From: an uncultured Negativicutes bacterium
GTDB taxonomy: Bacteria > Bacillota > Negativicutes > JBAXTZ01
NCBI GenBank assembly: GCA_963721525.1
Contig: CAVRJL010000015.1
Location: 163,672-227,671, forward strand
Reading direction: 5' to 3'
DNA: 64,000 nt
In this document: piece by piece, positions 45,878 to 58,463 of the stretch
Numbering within the stretch: position 1 is the first letter of the stretch
Layout of the letters: the number at the start of each line of letters is the position of its first letter
The notes under the pieces: generated by a model
Seen by the model: the letters and a program-made list of their open reading frames with translations, nothing else
Told to the model about the DNA's origin: nothing
The model's database searches: none
Made by a program: the position numbers and the translations under genes

Positions 45878-46990
45878 ATAGTTGGTGTACTGGGTTAGTG
45901 GGGAAGACGTGTTCGTAAAGAGTTGATGGAGCTGGGAGATTTTGTTGACCTCGTTATAGGCCCGGACGAATACCGCAAGCTTCCCGCACTTATAGAAGCA
46001 GCGGACGATGGTGAAAAGGGAGTCGCCGTGAAACTTTCCCGTGTCGAAAAGTACGACGACATTATCCCTTTCCGCACGATGGAATAAGTGCCTGGGTTTC
46101 TATTATGCGCGGGTGCGATAAATTTTGTACCATACTGTGTCATCCCTGCACACACCAGCCGCGAGCAAAGCCAATCGCTGGCTTCTATTATTGTATCGGA
46201 AATAAAAACTTCGCGCCGTGACTTTAAGGAAGTAACACTGCTTGGTCAGAACGTGAACTCATACAGCGATGGTGCATTCGATTTTGCAGATTTGCTGAAT
46301 ACCATTGCCGAGGTTGATAAGAACATACGTGTAAGGTTCATGACTTCCCATCCCACGGATATATCAGCGAAGCTGATTACAGCCATTGCATCGCGGGACA
46401 ACATTTGTAATTACCTACACTTACCTGTGCAATCAGGTTCAAATAGAATTTTAGAATTGATGAACAGAACATACACAAGAGAGCAGTACCTTGCCCTTGT
46501 CCACAAAATCAAAAAAGTTATTCCCGATATAAGTCTCTCTACTGATATTATTTCAGGCTTTCCGACTGAAACGGAAGATGACCACAAAAAGACATTAGAT
46601 TTATTGCGAGAAATAGAATTTGACGGCGCCTATACATTCAAATATTCTCCGCGAGAGAATACGAAAGCCTGGCATATGGGTGATGACGTCCCCGAAGAAG
46701 AAAAGAATCGCCGGTTAAGCGAAATCATTGATCTTCAGCGTCCTATTTCACTCAGTCGCAACTCAACGATGATTGGTACCATAGTAGAAGTTCTTGTTGA
46801 AGGGCTCAGTAAAAAATCCGTACATGATTTTTGTGGCAGAACCGATACAAATAAAATGGTTATCTTTCCCAAAAACGGCGATGCCATTGGTGATTACATC
46901 GGCGTCCATATTGAACGTGCAAATTCGGCAACATTGTTTGGTTCCAGAGCCGGACACCTGCTTCCTCAATTTGCAATGCTCACCACATAG
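45878..46990 (+). CDS. miaB: tRNA-2-methylthio-N6-dimethylallyladenosine synthase, partial with apparent frameshifts
   Basis: IVGVLG, GPDEYR, IMRGCDKFC/YCVIP, LLGQNVNSY, HLPVQSGS, TDIISGFPTET, TRAM domain GRTDTNK. Confidence 0.9.
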
Positions 46991-47003
46991 GAAGATTAAT
47001 GCC

Positions 47004-47696
47004 ATGAAAACGTTTATCAAAACGATTATTCGTACGATTTATATTTTCGTTTTATTCACAGGAACGCTTTCCGCTCAAACAAACTCGGGGGAGCCGGATA
47101 TTCGGCGTCGTCTCGAAATGATTGAGAAGGGTCAAGCGGAAGCAGTTCGGGCTGAGCTTCCATCGCTCATGACGAACTATCAGAACAATCCCGGCGTCAT
47201 GTACTTACAGGCAGTGCTCACTGCAGATGGCGCAGAAGCGGCAAAATTGTACCAAAATATTGTCGATAATTTTCCAAAATGTGAATGGGGCGATGATGCG
47301 CTCTACAAGCTTTATCAATATTATTATTCTATTGGCCTGTACAAAACAGCCGATCAAAAACTGACACAATTAAAAGAAGAATATCCATTTTCTGCATATG
47401 CGGCGAAAAAAATCCGGCAGTGGAAGAAAGCAAGGAGCGAAAGAAAAACCGACAATGGTGAACCGAAAAGGAAACGTGCCAAAGTTTGCAACAAACTCAC
47501 CGTAGAAGTCGGTGAGTTTTCGACGCTTCAAAACGCCGGCGAGTTGAAAGCAAAATTTGAAAAAGAGGGCTATCAATCAAACATCTTTACCATTGTCAGT
47601 AATGGTAAAAAACTTTACAAAGTTTGGGTGGGTGAATTCCAGACTTATAAGGACGCGACAAAATTCACTGCGGAAATTAAAAGCAAATCAATTTAG
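47004..47696 (+). CDS. Exported TPR/SPOR domain protein
   Basis: Signal peptide MKTFIKTII..., helical repeat region, C-terminal SPOR-like VEVGEFS..NA..L...GY...YKVWVG.F. Confidence 0.75.
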   Translation: MKTFIKTIIRTIYIFVLFTGTLSAQTNSGEPDIRRRLEMIEKGQAEAVRAELPSLMTNYQNNPGVMYLQAVLTADGAEAAKLYQNIVDNFPKCEWGDDALYKLYQYYYSIGLYKTADQKLTQLKEEYPFSAYAAKKIRQWKKARSERKTDNGEPKRKRAKVCNKLTVEVGEFSTLQNAGELKAKFEKEGYQSNIFTIVSNGKKLYKVWVGEFQTYKDATKFTAEIKSKSI

Positions 47697-47721
47697 CATC
47701 GATGGTTGTCTCACGTTTTTA

Positions 47722-48842
47722 ATGGACCGAGAAGAATTCCAGCAAATATACGGCATTGTTGGGAAATCGCCGGAGATACAGGAAATTGTTGATGTCGTTC
47801 AGCAAGTAGCACCGACCGACATTACTGTGCTTATTTCTGGAGAGAGTGGGACGGGTAAGGAAATTATTGCCAAGGCGATTCACGGTGCAAGCAAGCGATC
47901 TCAACACGCTCTCGTTTCAGTTAACTGCGGAGCGATTCCGGAAGGTCTTATTGAAAGCGAGCTATTCGGACATGAAAAAGGCGCGTTTACCAGCGTTGCG
48001 GATATGCGCCATGGATATTTTGAGATTGCAGATGGTGGAACCATTCTCCTCGATGAAATCGGCGATATGCCGCTCTCGACACAAGTGAAGTTATTGCGCG
48101 TGCTGGAAAGCGGAGAGTATATCAGAGTCGGCTCATCGTCGGCACGCAAGACAGATGTGCGTGTCATCGCCGCGACGAACAAACTGCTGGATTATGAAGT
48201 TCAACAAAAACATTTTCGTCCTGATTTATATTTTCGATTACGCTCGGTTAATATTCATTTACCACCGCTCCGGAACAGGAAGGAAGATATTCCTGCGCTT
48301 GTTGAGCAATTTGTGAAAGAGATCTCGGACAAGAACAAGATTCAGTTTGGCGGATTTACCGATGATGCAACCGAACTATTGATGAATTATAGCTGGCCGG
48401 GAAACATCCGTGAACTGCGAAATGCAATCGAAAGTATGCTTATTCTAGAAAATGGCAAGCGCCTTGATGGGCGACGACGTAAGAAAATATCTTCGTGAGC
48501 AGCCCTCGGTGCTGACGGAACGAAATCTGCCTGTTGTTTCAAACAAAACCGTTGAGCAAGCAGAACGTGAGCTCATTTATCGTGCCTTGGTGGATCTTAA
48601 ATCCAATATTATTGAGATGAAAGAGCTGTTGACCGGGCGGATCTCTCATACGAGTGAATTCGATGGTAATAACACACAACCACACAACGGCAATGGTATT
48701 CTGACTATGGATGAAATGGAACGACGGATGATTTCCAGCTCACTGAATCGAAACAAAGGGAATCGTGGTCTCGCCGCAAGAGAATTGAACATTCAGCGAG
48801 CGGACGCTGTACCGAAAAATAAAAGATTTTGGACTTCAATGA
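47722..48842 (+). CDS. Sigma-54-interacting Fis-family transcriptional regulator (frameshift near 48470)
   Basis: GESGTGKE, NCGAIPEGLIESELFGHEKGAFT, LDEIGDM, WPGNIRELRN; the HTH part is in another frame. Confidence 0.88.
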
Positions 48843-48886
48843 AAAACAAAAAAATGCAAAACAGAAACTGTAAAACGTTAAGTAGA

Positions 48887-49404
48887 ATGTCGAATCCAGG
48901 GAATCTTTTTTTCATTTCATTTTATTTTTCATTTTTCGTTGTACCTGTCGGATGTTCCTTATTCCTTCAAAGGTGGATCGGTACCGCCTCATTTAAAAAC
49001 AATTGCAATTCCTGTTGTGGAAGATGTCAGCCCATATGGTGATCCGACACTTCGGACGACATTCACAAATCAATTAGTGGCTTTATTTACCGGCGATAAT
49101 ACACTTCAACTGACAGATCGTAATCCAGCAATTCCTATGCTCGAAGGTGTGATAACAGATGTGACAGATGTGCCCTTGGTGTGCAGGGCGGTGAACAGGT
49201 CGCCCAGCGTCGTATCACGGTTACCGTACAGAATCGACGTTCAGGATTTGAAACTTCGCAAGAAAATATGGGAAAAAAGTTTTACGCAGCTGGGGAGATT
49301 ATCCTTCGGGTGGCGGTTTTGCACAGCGCGCAGCGAAGGAACTACAGAGGCGGTCAGAAAAAATAACAGAAGATATTCTCAACGAAACAGTCGCAGGATG
49401 GTAA
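48887..49404 (+). CDS. lptE: LPS assembly lipoprotein LptE family (frameshifted)
   Basis: Lipoprotein signal followed by YSFKGGSVPPHLKTIAIP...LEGVITD...RRITVTV; usual position after this regulator in FCB-group genomes. Confidence 0.7.
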
Positions 49405-49471
49405 TATGACACTCGCAATATTTTTATTTAGACAGGAAATTATAGAAAATCCAGCATTCTCGGATTTCGTA

Positions 49472-50465
49472 ATGTATCTCTATTTTATTTCGTTGCTCAT
49501 TCTCTTCGCATTCGGTGCACACGGATTTGTGATGGTGTATCATTTATGAAACAGCGCGGCACTGCAAGCGTTCAACCGCCTCTGAAAGAGACACCCGTCG
49601 TGACGATACAGCTCCCGTTGTTCAACGAACTGTATGTTGCCGATCGCTGATCAGATGCAGTATGCGCGCTTGATTATCCCAAAGATAAATTGGAAGTGCA
49701 GGTGCTAGATGATTCGACAGATACAGACGGTTAATTAGTGGAGACAGCTGTGATCGCGCTATCGTGCTCTCGGATATGACATAAAACATTTATGTCGATC
49801 ATCTCGTTCTGGATATAAAGCGGGTGCCCTGAAATACGGACTCGAGACCGCGCGCGGTGAATTCATAGCGATCTTCGATGCAGACTTTATCCCCAATACG
49901 GATTTTCTTGAAAAAACTATTCCTCATTTTTTCACCGACCCAAAAATCGGCGATCGTACAAACACGCTGGGAACATATAAACCACGAATTTCAATGCTTA
50001 CCCGTGCACAGGCCTTTGCGCTTGACGGACACTTTGTTGTGGAACAAGATGTGCGCAACAAAGCGGGATTCTTCATTCAGTTTAATGGTACGGGAGGGGT
50101 TTGGCGCAAGGCAACCATTCTTGATGCCGGAAATTGGCAATCAGATACATTGACGGAAGATTTAGATCTAAGTTACCGCGCACAACTTCGGGGGTGAAGG
50201 TTCAAATATCTCACCGATGTCACCTCACCGGCTGAATTGCCTGCGGAAGTAAATGCTTTGAAGTCCCAACAATTTCGCTGGACGAAGGGAGCTATCGAAA
50301 CTGCCACGCAAAATGATTCCAGAAGTATGGAAATCAAACATACCACTGCGTATTAAAATTCACTCAACATTTCATTTAACAAGTAATATTGTTTATCCAT
50401 TTATTGTATTCGCTGGAATATTGAACAATAGGTTCCAGCTTATTTTCATAAAACAACAAGGAGCG
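49472..50465 (+). CDS. Glycosyltransferase family 2 (CslA/cellulose synthase-like), partial with many frameshifts
   Basis: Fragments [53 protein letters not shown] and QQFRWTKG. Confidence 0.85.
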
Positions 50466-50469
50466 ATTC

Positions 50470-52034
50470 GCTTGGACCCGGTCTACCTCGGCGTGTCGAT
50501 CAACGGCGTTCGCGCGGCCAGCGCCGAAAAGGCGTCCCGGGAATCCGCGTTGGACGTCTTCCCGTCCAACCTGGTCGCCTCGATGGAAGTGACCAAGGTG
50601 ACGACGCCCGACATGGAGAGCGACGCCATCGGCAGCGTCAACGTGCTCACACACAACGGCCTCGAGCAGCAGGGGGCGTACGGAATGTTTTCCGCCGGGG
50701 GCAGCTATGCCAACCAGTTGCAGAAGACGGGCGGCTTTGCCGTGGCCGGCAACTACGGCGACACGATCATGAATGGCAAGCTCGCCTTTGCCGTCGGGTT
50801 GGCGGCGGACAAGCGCCTATCCTCGACTTTCTCCGAACCGGAGACGACCGTCTGGTCGCAGCTCAAGTCGCCGACCGACGGCCAGATGCACTGGATTCTG
50901 GGCGGACAGGATTTTCGCGACTACGATTCGATGCGCGCCCGCCAGGGGGCGACCGTTTCCGTCGACTACAAATTCAGCGACACCAGCAAGGTCTGGGTCC
51001 GGCTGCTCAGCTGCGCCTACCTCGAACGAAACGAGCAGTGGCTGACCACGTTCAACTTCGGCGCAGGCACCGTCCAGGCGCTCACCGACACGACGGCGTC
51101 GGTCACGCTTCCATCCAAGCAGATCCTGAAGTCGATGACGATGATCGTGAATAACAAGCGCTCGAGCTCCGCCGTCGGCGGATATGAGGGAAAATTCGGC
51201 GCCTTTACCGATGATTTCACGACGGGTTACACAGCCGGCAAGTACACCCGGCCCTCCCTCCAGATCGCTTTCCAGAACACCGGCTCTACGGGTCTCACCT
51301 ACAACCTCGCCAATCCGTACGACAATGTCGTGACCCAGACCAGCGGGCCCGACATCGGCAACCCCGCCAATTATTCCCTGAGCACCAAGAGCGGCTACAG
51401 CAACACGACCTCCAACATGCACGAGGAAACGGTGCGCGACGACCTGCGCTACGACTTCACGGCCGCGGGCCGGCCGGCCTACCTGAAGTTCGGAGTGGAA
51501 TACCGCAACAAGAACAACAATCTGGACACGTTCAAAGAGGGCATCACGGCGATCCCGTGGACGCTCAACAGCGGCACGATCTATCCCGGATATGACACTC
51601 GGACGAGCTTTGGGCATTTTGCGAATTTCCAAATCCGCCAGGAGCAGGTGGAGAGCTTCTACCAGACCCAAAGCCAGTACACCCAGGCGATGACGCCAGC
51701 GACCACCTATGGCGGCGCCTTCGTGGCGCTGGAGGACATTTCCTCCGCCTACGTCATGGGTGGCATGACCTTTGGCAAGCTAAAGGTCATGGCCGGCTCG
51801 CGTTTTGAGCACACGCATTTCTGGATCGACGGCTGGCAGTACGATGCGACAACGGCGGTCGCGACGCCGGTCATCTACGTGAAGAATTATGACAACGCGC
51901 TGCCCTCCGTGGTCTTCACGTACGAATTCACCCCGCAGACGATCGGGCGGGCATCCTGGAGCAACACGCTGGCGCGGCCGGATTACCAGGTGACCGCCCC
52001 GGGACGGGCGATCAACGATTCTGCCCGCACGGTG
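50470..52034 (+). CDS. TonB-dependent receptor, internal fragment
   Basis: Plug-domain end (LDVFPSNLVASMEVTKVTTPDMESDAIG), beta-strand pattern, GSRFEHT, RASWSNTLARPDY; abrupt rise in GC. Confidence 0.85.
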
Positions 52035-52725
52035 TATGTCCTCCAGTTCTTTTAATGAATGTACGATATAGGTGGGCCGGACTGTCGGGGGGATATGCAG
52101 GTGATCAATATAAACCTGGTCCATGCCCACATTCATTGCCCCAATAATATCCGCTTCCACATTGTCCCCGAGCATAATGCTTTCCTCTTTTAACGCACCG
52201 GTTTTCTGGAGCGCATATTCAAAAATTTCCTTCTGTGGCTTTAGACTGTTGGAACTCTCCGAGGTGATTACTTCCCTAAAAAAATAATCCGAGCCCGGAA
52301 CTTGCCAGTTTGTTATGCTGGGTTTTTTCAAAACCATTGGTTATCAGGTGAAGCTGGTAATTCTTTTGGGTCAGGTATTCCAGTATTTCTTTGGCATAGG
52401 GGAATAATATTTTTCGGGTAGGGAGGGATTCCAGGAAATACACCCCCATTTCCCTGGCCAGTGGTTCACTTCCTATTTTAAAATCCAGCAATGTGAGCCA
52501 CATTCTTTTCCATCGGAGTTCCTCTGCCTTGATAAAACCATTTCGGTACCGATCCCAGAGTCTTTCATTGTGAGCCAGGTAATTTTTATGAAACCGGTCA
52601 AAATCATCCACCCCTTTTGACTGTAACTGCATCGTGTGATACAATTCCAGCAGGGTCTGCCTGCTGTTGGCTTCAAAATCCCAAAGCGTATGGTCCAAAT
52701 CAAAAAAAAGGTGACGGTATTTCAT
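52035..52725 (-). CDS. yjjG: YjjG-family HAD pyrimidine nucleotidase (frameshift near 52280)
   Basis: MKYRHLFFDLDHTLWDF, ITNGF, KPQKEIF, MLGDNVEADIIGA. Confidence 0.88.
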
Positions 52726-52797
52726 GTGCACAATGTACGATCTTGAGGGAAGATTGTCATTTTTGTCCTTAACTTGCCAACGATAAAAAACGGGTCC

Positions 52798-53499
52798 ATG
52801 AATGTGATTATCACTGGGGCATCGAAAGGATTGGGCAAAGCAATGGCGGAATCCTTTGCCGCCCAGGGACATTCCCTGTTCCTTTGTGCGCGCAATGAAT
52901 TTACCTTGTACCAGGCAATGGAGGAACTGACCGTAAAGTATCCATCGGTCCGCATTAAAGCAAGGCCATTTGATCTCAGCAAAAAAGCAGATGCGGAAGC
53001 CTTTGGCGAATGGGTGTTGGCCTTCGGGGTTTCCATCGATGTGCTGATCAACAATGCGGGTAGCTTTGTCCCCGGAAATATCAGCAATGAACCATCCGGC
53101 GCCCTTCAGGAAATGCTGGAGGTGAATCTTTTTGCTGCTTATCATCTTACCCGGACGCTGCTCCCCGCCATGAAAAAACAACGGCAGGGCCACATTTTTA
53201 ATATCTGTTCAATCGCTTCCCTGCAGGCCTATCCGAACGGGGGAGCCTACAGCATCAGCAAATTTGCACTGGCTGGTTTTTCCAAAAACCTGCGGGAAGA
53301 ATTAAAGACGGATGCTATTAAGGTAACCAGCGTTTACCCAGGGGCCGTATATACGGATTCCTGGTCGGGCAGCGGGGTAGACCCAAATCGGATCATGCGG
53401 GACACAGATGTGGCACAAATGGTTTATTCCGCCTCCCAGTTGTCGCCGCAGGCGGATGTCGAGGAATTAGTAATGCGTCCACAACTGGGCGATCTTTAA
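52798..53499 (+). CDS. SDR family oxidoreductase
   Basis: TGASKGLG, NNAG, YSISK (YxxxK). Confidence 0.92.
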   Translation: MNVIITGASKGLGKAMAESFAAQGHSLFLCARNEFTLYQAMEELTVKYPSVRIKARPFDLSKKADAEAFGEWVLAFGVSIDVLINNAGSFVPGNISNEPSGALQEMLEVNLFAAYHLTRTLLPAMKKQRQGHIFNICSIASLQAYPNGGAYSISKFALAGFSKNLREELKTDAIKVTSVYPGAVYTDSWSGSGVDPNRIMRDTDVAQMVYSASQLSPQADVEELVMRPQLGDL

Positions 53500-53640
53500 T
53501 CCGGCCGGTATAGAGGACAAACGATAAATCTTAACTGGTTTTTAACCCTATCAACCCAATGATCCGACCTTATCCCTGTTTAAATTTGCAATGAACGGCG
53601 CATGATTAGTGAAATGTATCGGAAGGAACAAGTTAATTCC

Positions 53641-55507
53641 ATGAGTATCGAAAATTTTGTACGCAACAGTTTTATGGGTTTGATCATGGGTTTATCGCTG
53701 ACAGGCGCAGCGATTGGACAGGTCAAATTCACTACTGTGCTCAGCAGCAAGGAAATTGGGCACGGCGATTTGTTACAGGTGGAATTCATTGTCGAAAATG
53801 CAAATCAGATTGATAACCTGGTTCCTCCTTCCTTCCCGAATTTTAAGATAGCGGAAGGCCCCATCCAATCCAGTGGCATGAGTATCATTAATGGGAATAC
53901 CTCTCAGTATAAGGGAGTCTCCTATGTTTTGCAGCCGCTAAAGCCAGGCAGGTTTACCATCGAAGGTGCCACGGCCAAAGTCGATGGTAAGCTGATGCAC
54001 TCTAATACGGTTTCAGTTGTCGTGAGCACCGCCGCGACGGTGTCCCCGGTGCCTTCATCCATGCAACCCCTATGGCCGGGGGAGCCTGCCAGCCGGAGCA
54101 GGAATACATCCTAAAGCCTGGTGAAAAACTTTCGGAAAAGATTAAAAAAAATATTTTCGTACGGGTAGAAGCAGATAAAACAAGCTGTTATATCGGGGAA
54201 CCGCTCGTCGTGACATATAAATTATATTCCAGATTAAAATCAGAATCTAAAGTCACCAAAAGGCCTTCCCTGAATGGGTTCAGTGTCTATGATATGATGG
54301 AATCCTGCCAGCGATGCACAGACTGTGGAGACGGTCCATGGCAAAACATTTGCCGTGCATGTTATCCGCAAGTCCCAGGTAATCCCCTTGCAGCCAGGAA
54401 CGATTGCCCTGGACCCCGCGGAAGTGGACAACAAGGTTTATTTTGTGAAACAGTCTCAAGCCAGCAGAAAAAAGACGAGTCTGCTGGATGAACTCTTTGG
54501 CCAATCCATGGGGGACCCAGGGGAAGAAGTGACCCAAAACATCACCCTGCAAAGTCAGCCCCTTTCCATTACTGTAAAACCACTGCCAGAGTTAAACAAA
54601 CCGGCCGACTTCAATGGAGCAGTGGGACATTATACCATCGAGGCCGGTATCGAGAACAGAAAAATAGCTGCGCGCGATGCAGGTACCCTGAAAGTGATAC
54701 TACAGGGTACCGGGAACCTTCCTATCGTCAATGCCCCACAGGTAAACTGGCCGGACTCCATTGAAGCCTTTGATCCTACCGCCAAAGAAAAAGTGGACAA
54801 TACGATAGCACCCCTGGCTGGTTCGAAAACCTTCGAGTATGTTTTTACGCCCCAAAAGCAGGGAAAGTATAAACTCGGACCTGTCGCTTTCTCCTATTTT
54901 GACCCTACCAGTGCGAGTTACAAAACCATCGAAAGCCAACCCCTGGATATCGAAGTGGAACCTGCTGCCATTCAAAAATCAGGGGTAATGGCCTCCATCG
55001 CAACCAAAGGGAGTAATTTCCGCCAATTATTCCAGCCTTACCTGGAATGGATACTCGCTGTGTTTGCCCTGTCTGTGCTGGCCTATTATCTCTGGAATAC
55101 AAAATGCGCGGTTGCGCAAAGAGGATGCTCAGGCCAAACTGATCAGCAAGCCACCTCCATCCCTGGAGGAAAAACTGATTCCCACCGTTCTGCCCGAACC
55201 GGTGGATCCGTTTCTCAGGGCAAGGAGGATGCTTGCCCAATCTGATTTTAGTGGATTTTACCGGGAGTTCAGCCAGTCATGGGATACCCTGCGGGATGAG
55301 CTTAAGATACCCTCGAGCGAGTTAAATAAACAAAATATTGTAGCCGCCCTTTTGCAAAAGGGCTGGGATGGACAAACTATTTCTACCCTGCAAAAAATTC
55401 TAAATGATTGTGAGATGAACCTATACTCCCAGAATCACAATGAAAACAATATGCAGCAGATGCTGGAGCAGGCAGAAACCATCTGCAATTGCTTAAAAAT
55501 GGCCTGA
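53641..55507 (+). CDS. batD: BatD family protein (frameshifts near 54090, 54300 and 55090)
   Basis: SSGMSIINGN, CYIGEPLVVTYKLY, VKPLPE..KPADFNGAVG, GTGNL, FSYFDP, DCEMNLYS. Confidence 0.8.
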
Positions 55508-55521
55508 TCATGGCCTGAGGA

Positions 55522-56229
55522 TCATTCCGTGTATTTATAGCCGACCCCTCTCACGGAATGGAAAAATTTTGGCTTGCGGCTGTCTGCCTCAAAGTATTTT
55601 CTAAAACTTAAAATGAAGTTATCAATCGTTCTGGTAGTCGGATAAACATTATAGCCCCAAACCGCCTGGAGTATTTTTTCACGGGTCACCACCTCGTTTT
55701 TATTTTCAATCAGAAGTTTCAGGAGCATCGCTTCCTTTTTACTGAGCTGTATGCGTTGCCCTTTCTGGATGATCGCCTCCTGAGCCTTAAAATCAATGGT
55801 ATTCTTTCCGAAACTGTAGGTGTCCCCCAGGGAATCTTTATCCTGTAGTTTTTTGTTTTTTTCTATGAGTTTATGCACCCGCAGGATGAGTTCTTCCAGA
55901 TTAAAAGGTTTGGTAAGGTAATCATCCGCCCCTTTTTTCAAACCCAGGACCCGATCCGCCCCGGTATTTTTGGCGCTAAGCATCAAAATCGGCACTTCGT
56001 TATTCTGAACCCGTATACTCTGCGTGACATCAATGCCATCCATTCCCGGCAGCATCACATCCATAATAATCAGGTCAAAATATTCCTGCTGGACAATCTT
56101 GATGGCCTGTGTGCCATCAAATGCTGAACTGACGGCGTAACCTTCCAGTTCCAGGTTCAGTTTCAGGGCCTCATGCAGGTTTTGCTCATCTTCAACCAGG
56201 AGGATAGAAATTTTATTTTGTTCGCTCAT
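55522..56229 (-). CDS. OmpR-family two-component response regulator
   Basis: ILLVEDE, MDVMLPGMDG, GADDYLTKPF, winged helix RTIDNFI...SVRGVGY. Confidence 0.95.
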   Translation of the reverse strand: MSEQNKISILLVEDEQNLHEALKLNLELEGYAVSSAFDGTQAIKIVQQEYFDLIIMDVMLPGMDGIDVTQSIRVQNNEVPILMLSAKNTGADRVLGLKKGADDYLTKPFNLEELILRVHKLIEKNKKLQDKDSLGDTYSFGKNTIDFKAQEAIIQKGQRIQLSKKEAMLLKLLIENKNEVVTREKILQAVWGYNVYPTTRTIDNFILSFRKYFEADSRKPKFFHSVRGVGYKYTE

Positions 56230-56473
56230 AGACGTGTGATCCAAAGCTTATTTTATACAATGTCATGCAAAAATAATGGCTGGACCTGAATTTGCCGAAA
56301 CCCTTCCCCCTTTTTGACCCGGTATATATGGTAATGGGGGTAGGAATTGGCTCTGAATCACGGGTTTTTACGATGCCCGGATCCGATTTATACGAGGACC
56401 AAAAGATTTCTGCTTTTTAACTTGCACCGCAATTTTAACGCAGTAATTTCGTTATGTAATTCGTACCCTAAAA

Positions 56474-56602
56474 ATGAAAAACATGAAGAAAAATTTTGTA
56501 TTAGCTATTGTGTTAATTTCTTTTTTGGCCGCCTGTAGCCGTTCTGTAACGCCTTACGAAGCCGCCAACAATCATTATGGACATTGCAGACCCGTGAGAT
56601 AA
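56474..56602 (+). CDS. Small 42-aa lipoprotein
   Basis: Not in the ORF track. MKNMKKNFVLAIVLISFLAAC-SRSVTPYEAANNHYGHCRPVR has an LAAC lipobox; a hairpin plus T run follows at ~56650-56680. Confidence 0.7.
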   Translation: MKNMKKNFVLAIVLISFLAACSRSVTPYEAANNHYGHCRPVR

Positions 56603-56716
56603 ATAGATAAATAAATGATTGCGTCCTACGCACCTGTCAAATTTTTTAAGTGGTTGCTCTCAAACGGCAGCCATTTTTATTTTTAATCAGTACTTTTACC
56701 GCCTAATTCTCCGGGC

Positions 56717-57193
56717 ATGACGCTTCAGTTTACTTATGATAAAAAACAGGTCCTGGAAGGCCTTCGCAGTCATTTTTTTGGCAGGACCGAAATCAGGACC
56801 CTATTTATCATCACCAATGTATTTGCCATTGTATCGGCGATTCTTTTTTATTTTAAGAAAATACAGCCCCTGTCTTTTCTGATTTTTTCTCTGCTTTGGT
56901 TTATGCTTTGGATTACCGTAAGGCGCATTTTGCCCTTAAGTATTTATAAAAGGTCGGAGACTTTCCAGGATTCCTTTATCCTGCATATTGAAGAAAATGG
57001 GTTGATTCTGCACAGCAGTAAAAACGAACAGGCCTGGCAATGGAGTGATTTTATGATGTATAAGGAAACCCTCCACTTCTTCTTACTCTATTTTGACGGG
57101 AAATCATTTTTTATGGTTCCCAAAGAGGCGTTTAAAGACCTCACCGAAATCCAGGCTGTACGGGAGCTCCTGCGTACAAAGATTACCAAATGA
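56717..57193 (+). CDS. YcxB family membrane protein
   Basis: Two TM helices then W.W.DF..YKET.HFFLLY....FFMVPK.AF. Confidence 0.75.
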   Translation: MTLQFTYDKKQVLEGLRSHFFGRTEIRTLFIITNVFAIVSAILFYFKKIQPLSFLIFSLLWFMLWITVRRILPLSIYKRSETFQDSFILHIEENGLILHSSKNEQAWQWSDFMMYKETLHFFLLYFDGKSFFMVPKEAFKDLTEIQAVRELLRTKITK

Positions 57194-57380
57194 TTAACTA
57201 AGATTGGTTCGATGGTTTAATTTCCCAATTACCCCGTTTCGGCGTATCTTGTGGCGTCAAATGCCATTAATCCTTTGGGGGATTATAAAAGATTCTGCAG
57301 ATTTTTTTCTCAGCTTTTTTATGCGTTTGGCTGGATTAACTCAGTAAGACTGGTTAACGTTAACCGATAAAAAACGCTTT

Positions 57381-58463
57381 ATGTCTAAAATTTCTTTCAA
57401 CAATAAAAGTCATGCTTTCTACGATACGCTAAAATATTCCGTTGATCAATATTTCAGCAATAATCACCTTAAAAAAACCGGGAACTGGAAGTTATATGCA
57501 AAGAGCAGCATCCTGATTCCGATGGCTATCGGAATCTATATCTCCCTGCTTGTTTTTTCGATGCCCGCTGCGCTTGGCATCGCCCTTTCCTGTCTGCTGG
57601 GTCTGGTTCTGGCGAGCATTGGTTTCAATGTGATGCATGATGCATGCCACGGAAGTTATTCAAGCAAAGGCTGGGTGAATGAAATCATGGGGCTCAGCCT
57701 GAATGCGCTGGGAGGAAACGCATTTATCTGGAAATTCAAGCACAATATCATCCACCATACCTATACCAATGTGGACGGCATTGATGATGACATAGCCAAA
57801 AGCCCGCTGATGCGTCAGTGCACGACCCAAAAATGGGTGCCTGCCCACCGGTTTCAACAATATTATGTGGTGTTGGTATATGCCATCTCCTCCTTTGCTT
57901 GGGTTACGATGATGGATTTTAATAAATATTTTAAGGGGAGGATACAAAGTATGCCCCTGCAGAAAATGAGTTTGAGAGAGCACTTTGTATTCTGGCTAAG
58001 CAAGGTTTTATACCTTTCCTTTTATGTAGTCATCCCGATTGCTGTGCTGGGCTGGAAGCCATGGGCAATAGGATTTGCCTGCATGCATCTTGCGTTGGGA
58101 CTGACCCTGGCCATGGTATTCCAGCTGGCTCATGTGGTCGAACATGCCGAATTTGAATATGTCGCCGAGAATGAACATAAGAAGATTGATGAAGAATGGG
58201 CTATTCATCAAATTAAGACTACCGCTAATTTCGCGCCTAAGAATAAGATCATCTCCTGGTATGTGGGAGGGCTTAATTTCCAGATTGAACATCACCTCTT
58301 TCCCCGGATAAGTCATGTACATTATCCTGCTATCAGCCAGATTGTAAAACAAACCTGTGAGAAATTTAATTTGAATTATAATGAGTTTCCTACCATGATG
58401 GCTGCCATTGGATCTCATTTCAGGATGATGAAGCAATTGGGGCAGAAACCCGTCCTCTCCTAA
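57381..58463 (+). CDS. Acyl-CoA / fatty acid desaturase
   Basis: Three His boxes: HDACH, HNIIHH, QIEHH. Confidence 0.93.
   Translation: MSKISFNNKSHAFYDTLKYSVDQYFSNNHLKKTGNWKLYAKSSILIPMAIGIYISLLVFSMPAALGIALSCLLGLVLASIGFNVMHDACHGSYSSKGWVNEIMGLSLNALGGNAFIWKFKHNIIHHTYTNVDGIDDDIAKSPLMRQCTTQKWVPAHRFQQYYVVLVYAISSFAWVTMMDFNKYFKGRIQSMPLQKMSLREHFVFWLSKVLYLSFYVVIPIAVLGWKPWAIGFACMHLALGLTLAMVFQLAHVVEHAEFEYVAENEHKKIDEEWAIHQIKTTANFAPKNKIISWYVGGLNFQIEHHLFPRISHVHYPAISQIVKQTCEKFNLNYNEFPTMMAAIGSHFRMMKQLGQKPVLS

Noticed and set aside
50313-52055. 580-aa ORF as a GT2/TonB-receptor fusion
   Set aside because: It reads through the junction at ~50465 where composition jumps; an artefact.
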